Positions 25,771-39,800 of a stretch of 64,000 bases of DNA are shown here, piece by piece. The notes beneath the pieces are model-generated. The model did no database searches, was not told the origin of the DNA, and saw only the letters and a program-made list of their open reading frames with translations. Location of the stretch: assembly GCA_963514005.1 (NCBI GenBank), contig OY740811.1, positions 27,094,001 to 27,158,000 on the forward strand, written 5' to 3'. The DNA is from Raja brachyura (Eukaryota). The translations under genes and the position numbers were made by a program. Within the stretch, counting starts at the first letter, position 1. Every line of letters begins with the position of its first letter.

Positions 25771-28413
25771 TATCACCTTTTCTGACTGGCGAGTGGATGA
25801 TCCATCTTAGCTTCCTCCCAAGTACCCTTTCATTATAGAAAGCAACCAAAGTAATTCATTCCATGCGATCATAAGAACTAGTTCTGATCAATGGATGCTG
25901 CAAAAGCCACAAAAATCTTCAATGGAGACACTGAAGGACTTTACGAAGCTGCATTGCTTATGACCTTTGGCTCAGAAGCAACAGTTTCAATAAGGTTGTA
26001 ATATTGTAGACTACCTACCAATGTGGAATATTGGCCAGTGAACAAAAATCAGATCATATCAAATCTTGGTATTTCATGATGTAAAAAATAAACAATGCTG
26101 TTTCTACCTTTGCTTTTAAGTGACACCAACAACCAAAAATCTGCTCAGTTTGGAGTTTCTTGCCAAGCCGTTCCGTTGTTAAAACCATGGATCAAAGAGC
26201 TGACGGCATTGACGGCAAGGCTTGATTGTTGAAGGGCAATTGTCTCATCATAGCAACTATTTTTTGATCAATTTTACCCAAGAAAATCCCCTATAACGTG
26301 TTCCCACCTAATAAAAATCAGTGGATTTATCCTGATTAAAATCTTAATTTGTAATGTCATACTTGGTGCAGTACCAATAATTATGGGATTTTCGTTTTCT
26401 GGCTGGCTGATTTGCAGCAAGATGCTACAATTATTTTCATTGCCAGCTTTAATAGATGTATTCAAGGTGCTCAACTGTGAAACAAACAGATCAACCAGAC
26501 CTAGTGCAGGCTAATGAGCAATCCTATTGGGTAATTAGCATTCTCAAATCCATGGGAATGGTATCTACAAGCTCAATTATTTACTATCCGCAATCTTAAT
26601 GTTGGTAGCTTAACTGCGCTTATATGCATTTGCCTGTGCATGTGTGAAAGCGTGCATAAGAGTGCATGTGAATTACTAATCCTTTAATTTTCAAAATGAA
26701 CTCCAGATTGTTAATTTATAATTGGTAGGTATGACTACTGAAACATTACATTAGTGTACACGAAAGATTTTTAAAGACAAAATAGTCCATGTAACTTTCT
26801 TCCTCTGGAATTTTAGCAAGTGCATGTTGTGCATGATGGGAACAACTATTTAATTATTTCTGTGACCATCATGGCTCTGATCATATTTTATATATATATA
26901 TATAAAATATTTTAAATTTATTTTGATTAGAAGCAATTGTACAAGGATAAGATGATTGGCATAACAATTATACAATTATTGTACAACTTCATTTTTAACC
27001 TTATAACCTAAATTTAAAAAAAATAGAAAAACGAAAAAGAAAGGAAAACAAGGAAAGAAAAACAAAAATAGAATGAAGAGATCAAATAGAAAAGAACAGG
27101 AAAAAGACCCCTAAGCTACCAAAGCAGTGCAGAAGAGAGAAAAGGAAATAGGAAAATAAAAGATGGAGATATATCTCCCCCCCCCCCCCCCCCCCCATCC
27201 ACCCATCATGGCATAGGATTTAAATTTAAATTTGTGTTTAACCATTCTGTTGTTGTAAAAATTCAGTAAATGGTATCCATGTCTTAAGAAATTGATCTTG
27301 TTTTTCCGCCAAGACAAGCCTGATGTTTTCCAAATGTAATGTCTCGGACATATCTGTAATCCACATCTTCACTGTGGGGACAGTTGTCTGTTTCCAAAAT
27401 TTAAGTATTAATTTTTTCACCATTATTAGGCCGTAATTGAGGAAACGTCTTTGAAATATCGTTAGCTAAGAGCAGGCCTCTGACATACCTAATATGATCA
27501 GTTTTATATCTGGGTCCTATATTTTTTTTATGACAATTGTGATCGATCATTTGGCACAGTGAGCAACTCCATCAATCCCATTCCCCATATATTTCCATGT
27601 AACTTATTCTCTCTCGCATGATTATTAATTCCACCAGATTCTCTTGCCACCCACTTGTAAATTGAGTAATTTATTGCTTACTACCCTGTCAAACAGCAAG
27701 TCCTTCGGGTGTCATCATGTTTTCACACAAGTCAAACCTACTGCAAGAGAAATGTATCATTTGAAAATACCATGATGGAATAAGATTCCAGCATCTGCAG
27801 ATTGTTGTGTCACTATTGTGATAGTCCATTTTTAAAATGCTTTGTGATCACCTCCAAAATTGCACAAGTAGAGAAATAATGTATTATGTATAGTTCCTCA
27901 ATCATTTTTCAATGCTTCAGTGATTTACAATCAAAATTACAACAGACATACGGTTTAGGTTCTACAAGGGTCCATTGATTGAAACATATTCTTTCTATGC
28001 CAATGTAATTCAGGTGATGGTCAGCACAAAGCATTTTAATTTGGCAAGACATAATTTAAAGGTAGATTTGAAGTATTTCTTCAATTCATTATAATATCTG
28101 CTAAAAAGATTGAGATATTCATAACATTAACAGTTAGAAATACTTCCAAAGATCGGCTGAATGGTCTATGAGTACTTCTATTTACCTGCAAATATACTTC
28201 AATTAAGAATAACCCAGAGAACAAAAGATAAAAATGGGAGCAATTTGAAAGATGACTGGTAACATTTTCATAATCCTCTGACAGTTTCTGAATATTTCTC
28301 TTTGTTTGTTTATCCTCAAATCTCAATCTCAACAGCAATCCAGATATGTAGTTGCAAAACAGCAAGCTATCAATTATGCAGAAGGTTACCTCATTTCTTG
28401 GCTAATGATTTAA

Positions 28414-28611
28414 GACAAAGTGCTGGAGTAAGTCGGCGGGTCAGGCAGCATTGCTGGAGAACACGGATAGTCAACATTTTGGGTTGGAACCCTTCTTCAG
28501 TCCCAACCTGAAACTTCGAATATCTATATTCTCCAGATATGCTGACCTGCTGTGTTACTCCAGCACTTTATATATTTTTTTCATAAACCAGCCTCTGCAG
28601 TTCCTTTTGTC
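28414..28611. mobile_element. Palindromic Penelope-pLTR-derived element
   Basis: aaagtgctggagtaa...ttactccagcacttt inverted arms with two opposed degenerate ctgaagaaggg/gaaac motifs. Confidence 0.6.
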
Positions 28612-29454
28612 TGGATAATGATTTAGATGGCCAAGTTTACCAACCATACAGTGATAAATGGCGGTAAACATTGAAGGTGAAAATATAAATTATAATGAGA
28701 TAATGGGGATGATCAGCCATGATCATATTGAATGGCGGTGCTGGCTCGAAGGGCCAAATGGCCGACTCGTGTACCTATTGTCTATTGTTGAGATTTAACA
28801 ACTCTGTGATAGATCGATTTTGATGCAGATAAATGTGAGTCCAGTCACTTTGCATTCAGCAAGGACGGGATGGACTCATTTGAAATGACAAAATCAAGAA
28901 TTAATGTCCAAACAAATTTAAGAGGTGCACCTAAATAGATAATGGATACATACAGATAATAATCAATAGAAGTTAGTTGTGTGAATTTACTTGCTTCACA
29001 AATTAGCTGTGACCCCAGTGAACTGCAGAAAGACACAAGGGGCTATAGAGATTATTCCTGTTCCCAACCTCTTACGCCTTGCAAAACGTTAAACTTAATG
29101 TTTAAAAAAAAATTAAAAGTGTGGTGCACATGGCTTCAAAACATCACAATTGATCAAGAGACAACATTTGATGAATTAGCAATGTAATAGTAATTAAATA
29201 TATTTTGCTTTTAAACACAACTATTTTGTGCATTTATTTTCTGTTTTACTACAATTCTCAGCAATTCTTTACATAGATACATGGACAATAGGCGCAGGAG
29301 TAGGCCATTCGGCCCTTCGAGCCAGCACCGCCATTCAATATGATCATGACTGATCATCCCCATTATCTCATTATAATTTATATTTTCACCTTCAATGCTT
29401 ACCGCCATTTATCACTGTATGGTTGGTAAACTTGGCCATCTAAATCATTATCCA
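28612..29454. repeat. 171-bp inverted duplication (28612-28782 vs 29284-29454), ~500-bp spacer
   Basis: Direct comparison: 7 mismatches in 171 nt, only 1 of them in the ~93-nt non-repeat part. Confidence 0.95.
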
Positions 29455-29998
29455 TTCAATGTGATCATGGCTGATCATCCACAATCAGTACCCCGTTCCT
29501 GCCTTCTCCCTATACCCCTTGATTCCGCAAGCCCTTATTCTTCTTCTTTCGTGTGGCGTGCACAGCCTAAAGTTGTAGGACAACTTGTTCTATTTGATCT
29601 TCTGTTTGTACACGTCGAGTTAATTGCATTAGTCGAAACAGGGCGGACCACGTGGAGGTTGCAAGCTTCCACCCCCTGCAAGCCCTAAGAGCTCTATATA
29701 AGTCTTTTTTGAATGCATCCAGTGAATCAGCCTCGACAGCCTTCTGCGGCAGAGAATTCCACAAATTCACAACTCTCCGTGTGAAAAGGTTTTTCCTGAT
29801 CTCAGTTCTAAATGGCCTACCTCTTATTCTTAAATTATGGCCCCTGGTTCTGGACTCCCCCAACATCGGGAACATGTTTCCTGCATCTAGCATCTCCAAT
29901 CCCTTATTAATTTTATGTTTCTATAAGATTCCCTCTCATCCTTCTAAATTCCAGTGAATACAAGCCCAGTCGCTCCATTCTTTCATCATATGACAGTC
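29275..29998 (-). mobile_element. CR1 LINE 3' fragment (rearranged, carrying a nested short retroposon)
   Basis: MFP..GESRTRGHNLRIRGRPFRTEIRKNLFTRRVVNLWNSLPQKAVEA..L..FKK. Confidence 0.92.
29536..29677 (-). mobile_element. Short (GAA)n-tailed retroposon, copy 2, nested in CR1
   Basis: TSD gcaagccct (29527-29535 / 29678-29686). Confidence 0.85.
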
Positions 29999-30399
29999 TA
30001 CATGATTAAACAGGAAGATATCAAAGCACCATTAATTGGTCAACGTGATTTATATTATGATAGCGCTAAATAACACAATTTCATGATATTTGTTAAGAAA
30101 CACAGTACAATATTTGAAGTAACCAGCAATAGTTCTCATAGTCCAGAGCTAAATACCAATTGTAAGAAGTGCAACTATAGAAAATGAATCAACTGTTAGG
30201 ATGTCCCAGCACTGCAGACGAGGAATAGGACAATTATTGTCATGAAAATTCCAGGCTGGATGCAACAAAGTTGGGCAATCCTTGATTATTAAGTTATTAG
30301 GCTGAGAAATTATTCAAATTCAAAAATAAAACAGAACAATCTGCTTGACTCGTGCATCATGCTGTACTCCGCAACGATCATAAAGGTTAGATGACCTAC

Positions 30400-30479
30400 T
30401 TGCCAGCTGCATAAACCTCTGCTGTGTCAAAGAGGTTTATTCCATTCTCATAGGCCAGTGTCATCAGCTGTTCAGCCAT
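30400..30479 (-). CDS. KCNAB2: KCNAB2 exon (80 nt): [26 protein letters not shown](K)
   Basis: tttcag|ATGGCT...GGCAA|gtaggt; contains the AKR catalytic Asp and Tyr (FDTAEVY). Confidence 0.97.
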
Positions 30480-30529
30480 CTGAAATGAGGGAGACAATAA
30501 AAATTTTTTGAACCCATTCAAGCAGCTCA

Positions 30530-31307
30530 TAAACACAATCACAATAACACTTTATTAGCCAAGTATGTTTTGCAACATACGAGGAATTTCATTTGCCAAG
30601 TCAGTCATACAAATAAAAAGCAACGGAACACACAAAACACATTTTAACATAAGCATCCACCACAGTGACTCCTCCCCATTCCTCACTGTGATGGAAGGTG
30701 AAAAAAAGTTCAAATCTCTTCCCTTTGCTCTCCCGTGGTCAGGGGACCCGAGCCCTCCGTTGATGGGACAATCTTGACTCCCACAGCCAGTTTTGGCCCT
30801 CCGCATCGAGGCGATCAGCTCCTGCATCAGGGGGATGTCAGCTGCCCCGCGCCGGCGGTCGGACCCCGGGTCGGGGCTGGTCGAGCCTCTGCATCGTTGG
30901 AGCTCCCGACGAGCCTCTCCCGAGACTGCGAGCCCTTGATGGTAAGTTCGCAGGCCGCGGTTCGAGTGATGTCAGGCAAGGGATCGGCTCCAATGTTAAG
31001 TCCAAAGTTTTCCCCGATCCCCACCCCCTCCCCTCGCATCACATAAAACAAGCCGGACCCAGTGTTGGGGGGGGGCACTCTAGATTTAGAATCCTCTGCC
31101 CAGGGGATAAGCCTGCGTTCATTTGTTTGTTCGTTAGTTCCGGTTAAGGCGCTGTGCACACCAGCCAGCCAACAGTCGCTTGTCTTTTTCTTTTTGTTCT
31201 CACTTTCAATTTCAAGTTTTCATGTACCATATTGTGTGTTGAGACTGTTGGCAAACGAATTTCCTTCCGTGGATGAATAAAGTTTTATCGTATCATATTG
31301 TATCGTA
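30530..31307. mobile_element. GC/CpG-rich composite retroposon-like repeat with two outward-facing AATAAA + microsatellite tails
   Basis: Left minus-strand tail (tttatt at ~30551) homologous to 50637-50830; right plus-strand tail aataaagttttatcgtatcatattgtatcgta; GC-rich core at 30730-31030. Confidence 0.6.
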
Positions 31308-31541
31308 GGCTGCTAACTGACCAAATACAGCTCTGAGATTTATAGCATGGGCGAGGTTTCAGACCATTGTTTTTGATGGCATTACAATGGTGCCTTACAC
31401 AAATACCAAACTACTTGCAAATAGGATTTAGTTAATTGCCGCAAAACTTTGATTGCTCCATGTTGTTGACCATTTCTCATTCAAGCTACCCATAGTAACA
31501 TGGCACTTATGCTGTTTCAGACTTGTAGACTAGACACATAC

Positions 31542-31579
31542 CTCATCGGTGATCTGTCCTCCAAAGGTAACCCATGTTC
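31542..31579 (-). CDS. KCNAB2: KCNAB2 exon (38 nt): (G)TWVTFGGQITDE
   Basis: ctacag|GAACATGG...GATGAG|gtatgt; QITDE is Kv-beta2-type (beta1 has QISDE). Confidence 0.97.
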
Positions 31580-32919
31580 CTGTAGAATAATAAACGTTGA
31601 AGAATTATTTTCAGCTTATAAGAAAATGGCAAAATAAAACATGTGTAGTGGCCATTTGGCCTGTTTTGCATGTCATTGTTGATGGCATGTGCCGTTAAAT
31701 TTTAGACCACCCGTTATATTGTGGGTGGGACTTATGACGTATTTTTGGGCGTGTTTTGGGCTATGTAGCCTGCGCAGAAGTTTAGTTTTGAGTGTAGTTT
31801 GGAGCGAGTGGGGAGAAGGTTAACCCTCCGACCATGCGAGCCATAAAGGAGATCATGCGAAGTGTAAAGGAGACACGAGGAGTTTTTTAATGTTTGAAGT
31901 AATGCACTGGACTTCGATGAAGATTGTAGTAATGAGTTGGAAGAAATTTGGATGTATCTTACTGTTTTTTATCATCAAAAGACGTGTTTTTAAGACTTAT
32001 CTGTGAAGAAGCTCTGAAGGTCTCTGTGAGTAAGTTTGCATGCGTTTCGAAGACACCCCCCTTAACCATGCTCATCCATTTAGCGGCTAGAGTTAATTTC
32101 TCGAAAGATATGAAAATCTGCCGCTACAACATGTACTAAAGTGAATGTTATTTACTTAAGTTTTATTAGTTTATATGTCAGCTGTAGATTCAATAAATTA
32201 TATCAATCTGGAAGCAAAGATCTTTTCTATTCGACAACCATTATTTTCAAGCAAAATACTGAAGATGCTGCAAGTCTGAAACTGGACAAAGTGCTGGAAT
32301 TAATCAATTGGCCAGGCAACATCTATGGAGATAGAACAGATTCAAGTTTTTCCAACTCAATGAACTTTTCATCTGAAATATTAATTTTGCTCCTCCCACC
32401 AGAAATGCTTCTTGATGAGCTAAATATTGTTTTATTCCATTATTTTACGTTCACTGGTATTTCCAGAGTCGTGTGAGTTAATATATTAACAAAATGTCCC
32501 ATTCTACCCAATGCCTACAGATCCAAAAAGAAGAATCTTTATGTCTCAGCAGCATATTGGGCCAAGAAACAAATCAATCTGCTACCTACCAATTTGATCA
32601 AAGTCTATTAAATATTAAATAGTCATCCTTTTCTTCTTCTATATGACCCACTTGCAACAATTATAAATCCAGTTAAAGGTTATGTAACCTGTCTCATGCT
32701 CTTGGGGGAGTGTAACCCTTTAGCATCAGTTTATCAGAATACTACTATGTGGTCCATAGTTTGATCAGGGTTGCCATATTTACATTCTGCAGAACTATAT
32801 ATCACTTGTGACCACGGAGATAAACTCAAATTATAATTTCACAGAACGATAACAAATCGCGTGACCATAGGCCTGATGGAAATTAGAGACGAGCAGATTC
32901 CACAACCTTTTGAGAAATT

Positions 32920-33265
32920 ATTGGCAGCAGAGTGATTCAGTGGGTAGTGCTGCTGTCTCACCTCCAATTGGTTTGGTCCCAATCTCAGGTGCCATCTACA
33001 CTGAATTTGCACATTCACCCTGTGATTAGGTGGGTTTCTCCTGACTGCTGAGATAACTTGCCAGCTCCCAAAGATGTACTGGTAGGTTAAATGGTTACTG
33101 TGAATTGTCCCTACAGTGAGTGGGTGGCAGGAGTATCACAGGGGAGTTGATTGGTTATGAGAGGGAATAGGTGCAGTGAGTGGGGCAACAAGACTGATGG
33201 GTATGCTGTTAAGAGTCTGTATAGACTTAAGGTCAAATGGATCCCTCTGTGTTCCATGAATAAAA
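32920..33265 (+). mobile_element. Degenerate V-SINE (tRNA-derived)
   Basis: A-box-like tgattcagtgg, V-domain-like gaatttgcacattcaccctgtg, CR1-like 3' end. Confidence 0.6.
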
Positions 33266-33592
33266 ATTGAGAAGTAAAACTCCAGCTGAGAAAAATATAA
33301 CCTGGCATAATCTCTTCATAAAAAGTAAAAGAAAGCAAACTGTGGAATTATTCAAAATGCCTGATGCTACTATACAACATTTCAATGAAACATTTAACTA
33401 TAGTAGAGGTTTAATCTTCAATGAACCAAGAGAAATCTTCACAGTCCTGACATCTTTAATGAATCACTATATTTTTGTATTGTATAGGTTCCTAATCTAA
33501 AATGTCACCGGCTCAAATTAAAAATAGGCAAGATATCAACCTATATCAATAAGGCTGTTATTAGTTTGTGCATGACAATAATTATTGCTTAC

Positions 33593-33636
33593 CTAGGCCA
33601 AGACAGGATACCCTTAGTCCTGATTTTCCAAGGTTT
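33593..33636 (-). CDS. KCNAB2: KCNAB2 exon (44 nt): (R)NLGKSGLRVSCLGL(G)
   Basis: gatag|AAACCTTGGA...GGCCTAG|gtaagc; invariant start of the Kv-beta core. Confidence 0.97.
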
Positions 33637-36329
33637 CTATCACAAAATAAAAATATATGATGCAATTACAATAAATGAAACAATATTTTGTCAACATTAT
33701 CATGATATTTTATTGAAGTTCTTGTTCCAATTTGTTCCATCATGTTAGATCTTATCGTTCGCTCAATCCTAAATGTTTATCAAATATTTATATCACTTCA
33801 CCATCACCATTAATAATGGACTTTGAACATTGTCACGTTCAACACTGCCTGAGTGAATGTGGAGGCAGATTGTCTCATGACACTAGGACATATCCAGAAG
33901 AGTACATCAGTTGCCACGGAATATTAAGAGATGGACCATGTGTTGATAAATGGGATTAGTATCGATGGGCATTGCTGGTTGACACGAACATGGTGAATGG
34001 AAGGGCCTGGTTTTGTGATGCTCGACTCTCAGACCTGCAACATTAATTCAGTTTTTCGCTCATTGTGGATAGTGCCCGATCTACAGGGTATTTCCAGTAT
34101 TCTTCTTTGTATCATGTCTCTGCCAACTACTGTAATCTGCAGTAGCAAGTCTACCACATTCTTTTGTTTTTTTTCACTTTCTCTATCTGCCCTTATTCAT
34201 CTGTTAACTAGGTGGCACCAATAGCATTGTGGTCTCCACCCTATCATAAACATTCTTTATTCTCTCTGTTCCTTTCATCTGCTGCTTAATACATTTACGT
34301 TTTCCACTTCCCCAATTCTAACGAAGGATCATTGCTCTGAAACATTAACTCTCATCTTTCTCCATAATACTGCCCAACCTGCAGACTAGACCCAACACTT
34401 TATCTTTTAATGAAAAGGAAATTGAGTTCATCAATTTTTTTGGAGATCCCAGGTGTGTCAGGCAGTCCATATAAAGTACTGAGAAAGGAAATGCAAAAGC
34501 AGGCACGTGATTAAAGTGGCATATAAAAGGCTACTGCACAAGGGCTCAGGGTATTTGGTATATTGACATGCGAAGACAACTGGTTAACTGACAGAAAACA
34601 GTGTGGATAAAGGATCAATTTGTTTTATTTCTTACAGACTGCTGCACCACTGATGGTCATGCCTTATGTTGTCTATGCTATATGCTCCAGAATTCTTTCC
34701 TTTCAGATCTCTATCTCACTCTCTTCCTTGTTAAGGTACTCCTTAAAAAATTATAGAACTTTTGGTCACCTGTAGTTTTCTTGTGAGGCTTAACATCAAA
34801 TCCTTGTCATAATAATGTGCAGCAAAGTGTGATGGTTTATAATTTAAATATATTATTCTGACTTAGCAATGACAGAGTTTGGGAAAAGATGACCAGTTGT
34901 CAATGTAGTAGATGTTGTTGGTGCCTGAGGATATCAGATAGATTCTGGATTAAACATGAGAGATATATTAAGACATCAGTGTGTGGATTCACCATTAGAA
35001 TCAATCATTAGATTAAATGGCCTTCTACTATTACCAGAAAAATCTTACATTCTGTGCTTAAATAATAAATAACTACATTATTAACTTGTGCGTTTAACTA
35101 TGGAAGAATTTTTATATTATGTTGCGTATCTAAAAATGTAATGGAAATGTGATATCACACATGACCTTTAAATTATATTTCTAGGCTACTAATGAGAAAC
35201 CAAGATTACAGATTTCCAATATGATTTACTGGAAGCACAGAATGGTCAGGACTAATCTTCCTCGAGCTCAAACTAATATAAAGCAGAGCAACAGAATTGA
35301 TAAGAGAGAAACAAATCTGATTAAAAGAATGGATGTATGAAAGACTTGGAATAAACAAACCAAAAGCATCAACAATTCAAGATTGGAAGTGCTGGAAATT
35401 AATCAAACTAGATTTCAGAGGATTTTCAGAATTACCAGTGAACCTTTATGTTTGAAATACAACACTAAAAATCTATTTTTACAAGACCAGGATTATCTTC
35501 ATTTAACTTGTGCAACACGTCCACTAAGCTTTTAGAGCGCTGATATACCCAGTTTCAAAAACATTTCGATATATTTAAAAAACAACTTTTCCCAATGGTT
35601 GAGTTTAGGAATCATAAATCGGATAGGAGTTTGCTGGAAGTTGGGCAAAATGAATGATGTGATATCTATCCCTGCGAGTGAAGGTCTGATTAAATGAAGA
35701 CAAATGACAGTGCGCATGTCGGTGCTCAATGCCATTTCAACCATGAATAATGGGGGGACTGATTGTTGTGAAGACAGGATGTTGACCACAAAATGCACCA
35801 GAAATAGCGTACAGCACATCAACATGCAATACTTGATCAACTGCATGCAAAAATGATGTCGGTTCAGCAAGCAGTTCAGAAGCGAATCTAAAAATTGCAC
35901 TGTCAAATTAATATGAACTATTGTATTCCCAAATCTCATTTTGCAGTTTATTTTTAGAACATAAACCATTTTAAAGGTTAATTTTGAAGATAGTTGTTCA
36001 CAAGAAACAGGATAAATTCAATTACTGCCGTTTGATTACTCTTAAGTATCAGTAAAATAATCAACAATGCCATCAACTTCCAACAGAAGTGTGGATGCAC
36101 GCTGATGGCTGCGTAACTCCTCAGCAAACAAGGCAGTGCTTGTGTGCACGCAGCAGGATCCAGACCAGCACCTTAACTTGATCAGGATAAACAGAAAGTA
36201 ACATGCACCCAACAAAAGTGCCAGGTAATGACAATTTCCAACAAAAAAGAGTCTAATCACCCACCCTAGACATTCAATTGCATAATTATCACTGAGCACC
36301 CCTTCCCCTCCGCCCTCCCACTATCAACA

Positions 36330-36865
36330 TTCGGGAGATCACCATTGACTAAAACCTCAACTGGACAAGCCACCTAATTACATTGGCTACAAGAGCAGGT
36401 CAGAGACGGAGTACCCTGCAATAAATGTGTACCTCCCTGACTCTAGAAATCCTTTCTGGCATCTGTAAAATATGTCAGGATCATGGTGGAATATTTAATT
36501 TGCCTGGATAAGTGCAGCTCCAACATCTTTCAAAATGCAATCCATGACAAGTAATTAGCTTGACCAGCACCTCAACCATCCTAAGCATTCATGACCTTCA
36601 ACATCGGCTGCTGTGTGTACCATATATAAAATTGAACCACAGTTCCTTTCCTTGGCCTCTCTGAAAGCACGTCCAAACCTGCGACCTTTACAAACAAGGA
36701 GGTCCACGGTAGTTAGGAATCCAACACCTGCGACTTCTCCTCCATGATGCATATAGTCTTGATGTGGAAATATTGTAGTTGCATCTAAACCCTGGAATCC
36801 CCTGCCCAACAGCATCATGGGAACACCTTCACCTGAAGTATTGCAGCAGTTTAACAAAGTCACTC
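36330..36865 (+). mobile_element. Old CR1/L2-group LINE fragment
   Basis: ttgcctggataagtgcagctccaaca and cctggaatcccctgccc (WN.LP); followed by a short minus-strand CR1 tail at 36876-36985. Confidence 0.65.
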
Positions 36866-39800
36866 ATCATCAAACCATAAGACAGGAGCAGAATTAGGCC
36901 ATTCTGTCCATTGAGTCATTTGACCATGGCTGATCTACTTTTCCCCTCTCAACCCCATTTTCCTGCCTTCTCCCCGTAACCGCTGATGCACACCACCTCT
37001 TGGCGGTAATTTGGGATGGACAATAAATGCTGGTGATTAAGGATGGGCAATATATGTCCAGATTCTGAAAAAATTAAATAGATTAAAAACAACTCAACTT
37101 ACAGTAGATGCTGACTACTGCTCTAGAATTTTCCATTTGTGTTTACATTTTGAGAAGCTGCAGCATTTGCTTGCTTCTGAGAACAATAGCCTCACACTAT
37201 TGGAAAGATATATTTGCAACAATAAACAGATTTTAAAATATAAAACATTCAAAATGGAAATTGGGAAAATTAAGTGCCCGCATCATATTTATACAACAGA
37301 TTTATTTCTTCCTCTAAAAATATATTTTGACACTTCATGATTAATGAATATTTTAACAAGTAGATATCCAATTCATAAAAAAGCCACTGGGCTTAATTGA
37401 TAATGAATAATGGATTTCACTTTCCAAGGACCTGAGATATGTTTACCATGTTTATGTGCATTGGTAATATTGAGAAATTTGTAGAGATTCATGGAGATTA
37501 ATAACTTCCATTGGCAGCCAGTACACAATACCAAATGTTGAAAGGGAAGATGATTTCCCGGCAAATATTAGCAGATCTTAAAGGAGCAATATCCTTTTAG
37601 GTTTTCTGCTCGGTCATGCAAATTTCATTTGGACACTTGACATATCTATATTGGATATTTTAGAGTATTGGTTTCTAAGATTGCTATAAGAAAGATTTAT
37701 TGATGTAAATCCTTCTTGAAATAAGCATATTTCTCATTTCTGCGGGAAAATTTAATGTTTGAAAACGCAATTAAACATTATTTGAGATAAAGTAATTTTT
37801 TCACCATCTTTTCAAACTTTATCTGTAAACAACAGAACGAGCTCTAAAGTTGTGCCATGATAAAATAAACAATTTCAAGTCTGCAGAGCCTCCTTGGATA
37901 GAGAATTTCAACAATCTAAGAGCTCTTTCATAAAAAAATCTATCTTAGTCCTAAATAGCCAACTCATTTTTCCTGAGATGACAGCCCTAAATTCTAAATT
38001 CGATAGTCAGTTGAAGCAACTTCACAGTCTTTATCCTTTCAATCCAATTCAAAAACTTGCTTCAGTAAGAAAATACAGGGCAGTCGTACGCAAATGTTCC
38101 CAAAATGATAGACCTCTCAATCAAAAGATCAATCAAGTGCATCAATGATACACCACATCTAAGTATGTCCCTCATTGGATAAGACCAACAAGACCATGTA
38201 CTATTTCAACAATGCTTCTTTATTTTGAGACATCAACATTCTTGCAATGAATGCATTACACTATATACCTTCCAACTCTTATGTGCTTAACTAGTCCAAT
38301 ATACTACCATTTAGTGGTTTCTTACCATTGAACAAAATCTCTCTTCCTCCCAAAGTGTATATATTTTTTCCACTTTATATACTATTACCACCTTTTCATC
38401 TTATTACTTCAGTTGTTTGCATCACTTTTCATGCTCTTTGCTGTCTACTTTCCTAAGGAGTTTGTATCATCACTGTCTTTTCATCCGTCCATTAGCATGG
38501 ATTGTAAATAGCTCAGTAAATAGCCAATACAATTATTAAAAGAATGTGAAAATGAACATTTTCACTCATTTATTTTTAGTTTTCTGTCCTTTAACCTGAT
38601 CCCCTCAGTGTCAATATATTAACTCCAACCCCCAATTGTGCCTTATTATATGTAACAGATCCTTTAGGTGTCATTTGAAATGTTCATCAGCTCCATCCTA
38701 TTTATTATTGCTAGTTACATCCTCAAAACATTTATTCGATTTGTCAAACTCAATTTCTCTTTCATTAAACCATGTTGCCTCTCCCTTATCATATAATTTG
38801 CTAAGTGCTCATTAGCACATCCTTAATAATGGCTTTCAGCACTTTTCTGACAGCTGATATTAGGTTTACTGCTCTTCTGTTCCCTATATTCCCCCTCCCC
38901 AGTACTGTTATATATTTAACCTATTCTCAAATCTAGAGTATTGTGCGTCTGCAGCCACCTCCATGTACCCTCGAATTTCCACCATCAGTATGCTGTACTT
39001 ATTAACTTTTAGTTCACTTAATACCCCTCCCCCCATATGTACTCTTCATTATTCACTTGAGGTTATTCTCTACTACTACACCCCTGGGTCCCCATTATTG
39101 TTTATTGTGCCATCTACTGTGAAGACACATACAAAATATTTGTTTAATACTTCAGCCAATTCTGTTGTGTTAATTGATTCTACACCACAGACCAAGATTT
39201 AATTTATTAGTTTCTTCCGTTTTATTTGGTTGCCGAAATTATCCTTTTTGTAAACTTTTGTTGCTTGTTCATTTTTATATTCCACTTTCTATCAACTTCT
39301 TCAACTGCTCATTCCTAAAACTTCACCAATCTCAGGATTGCTACTCTGTTTGGGAATAATATGCCTCATTAGCCTCAGATGTTTCATTCTATGGAATGCA
39401 GATGCATTCATATCCCTTAAATTATTTTTCAATCAATCTCAATTCTTCCTTCAAACTTGCATAATTAGCATTATTCAAATGAATTTCAGCTGAATTAAGT
39501 CCCTCCTGAATTAAACAGACCCAAAGAGAGTTCAGATGCAACAAGATTAAAACACAGTTAAAAATTAGATGAAGGATTGTAAATGTAATTTGTTCATTTT
39601 AAATATCAAATTGTCATTTTTATATTTCCTTTATAAATTCCAATACACCTATTTATAATGAAAACCTTTGCCATTCTGTCATTTCATTTCCTCTGTGTAG
39701 ATATTTCAATCTTTTCAATGCTACGATGATATAATTACAAATCTGTCAAGGTTACATTGATGAGTTTATAACTCAGATTTAAACACTGGATTTCAATCTT

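Noticed and set aside
34400-34479. cag|TACTTTATATGGACTGCCT resembling the TRYGSP alternative exon
   Set aside because: Similarity is weak, there is no donor at the expected 42 nt, and the frame runs to a stop.
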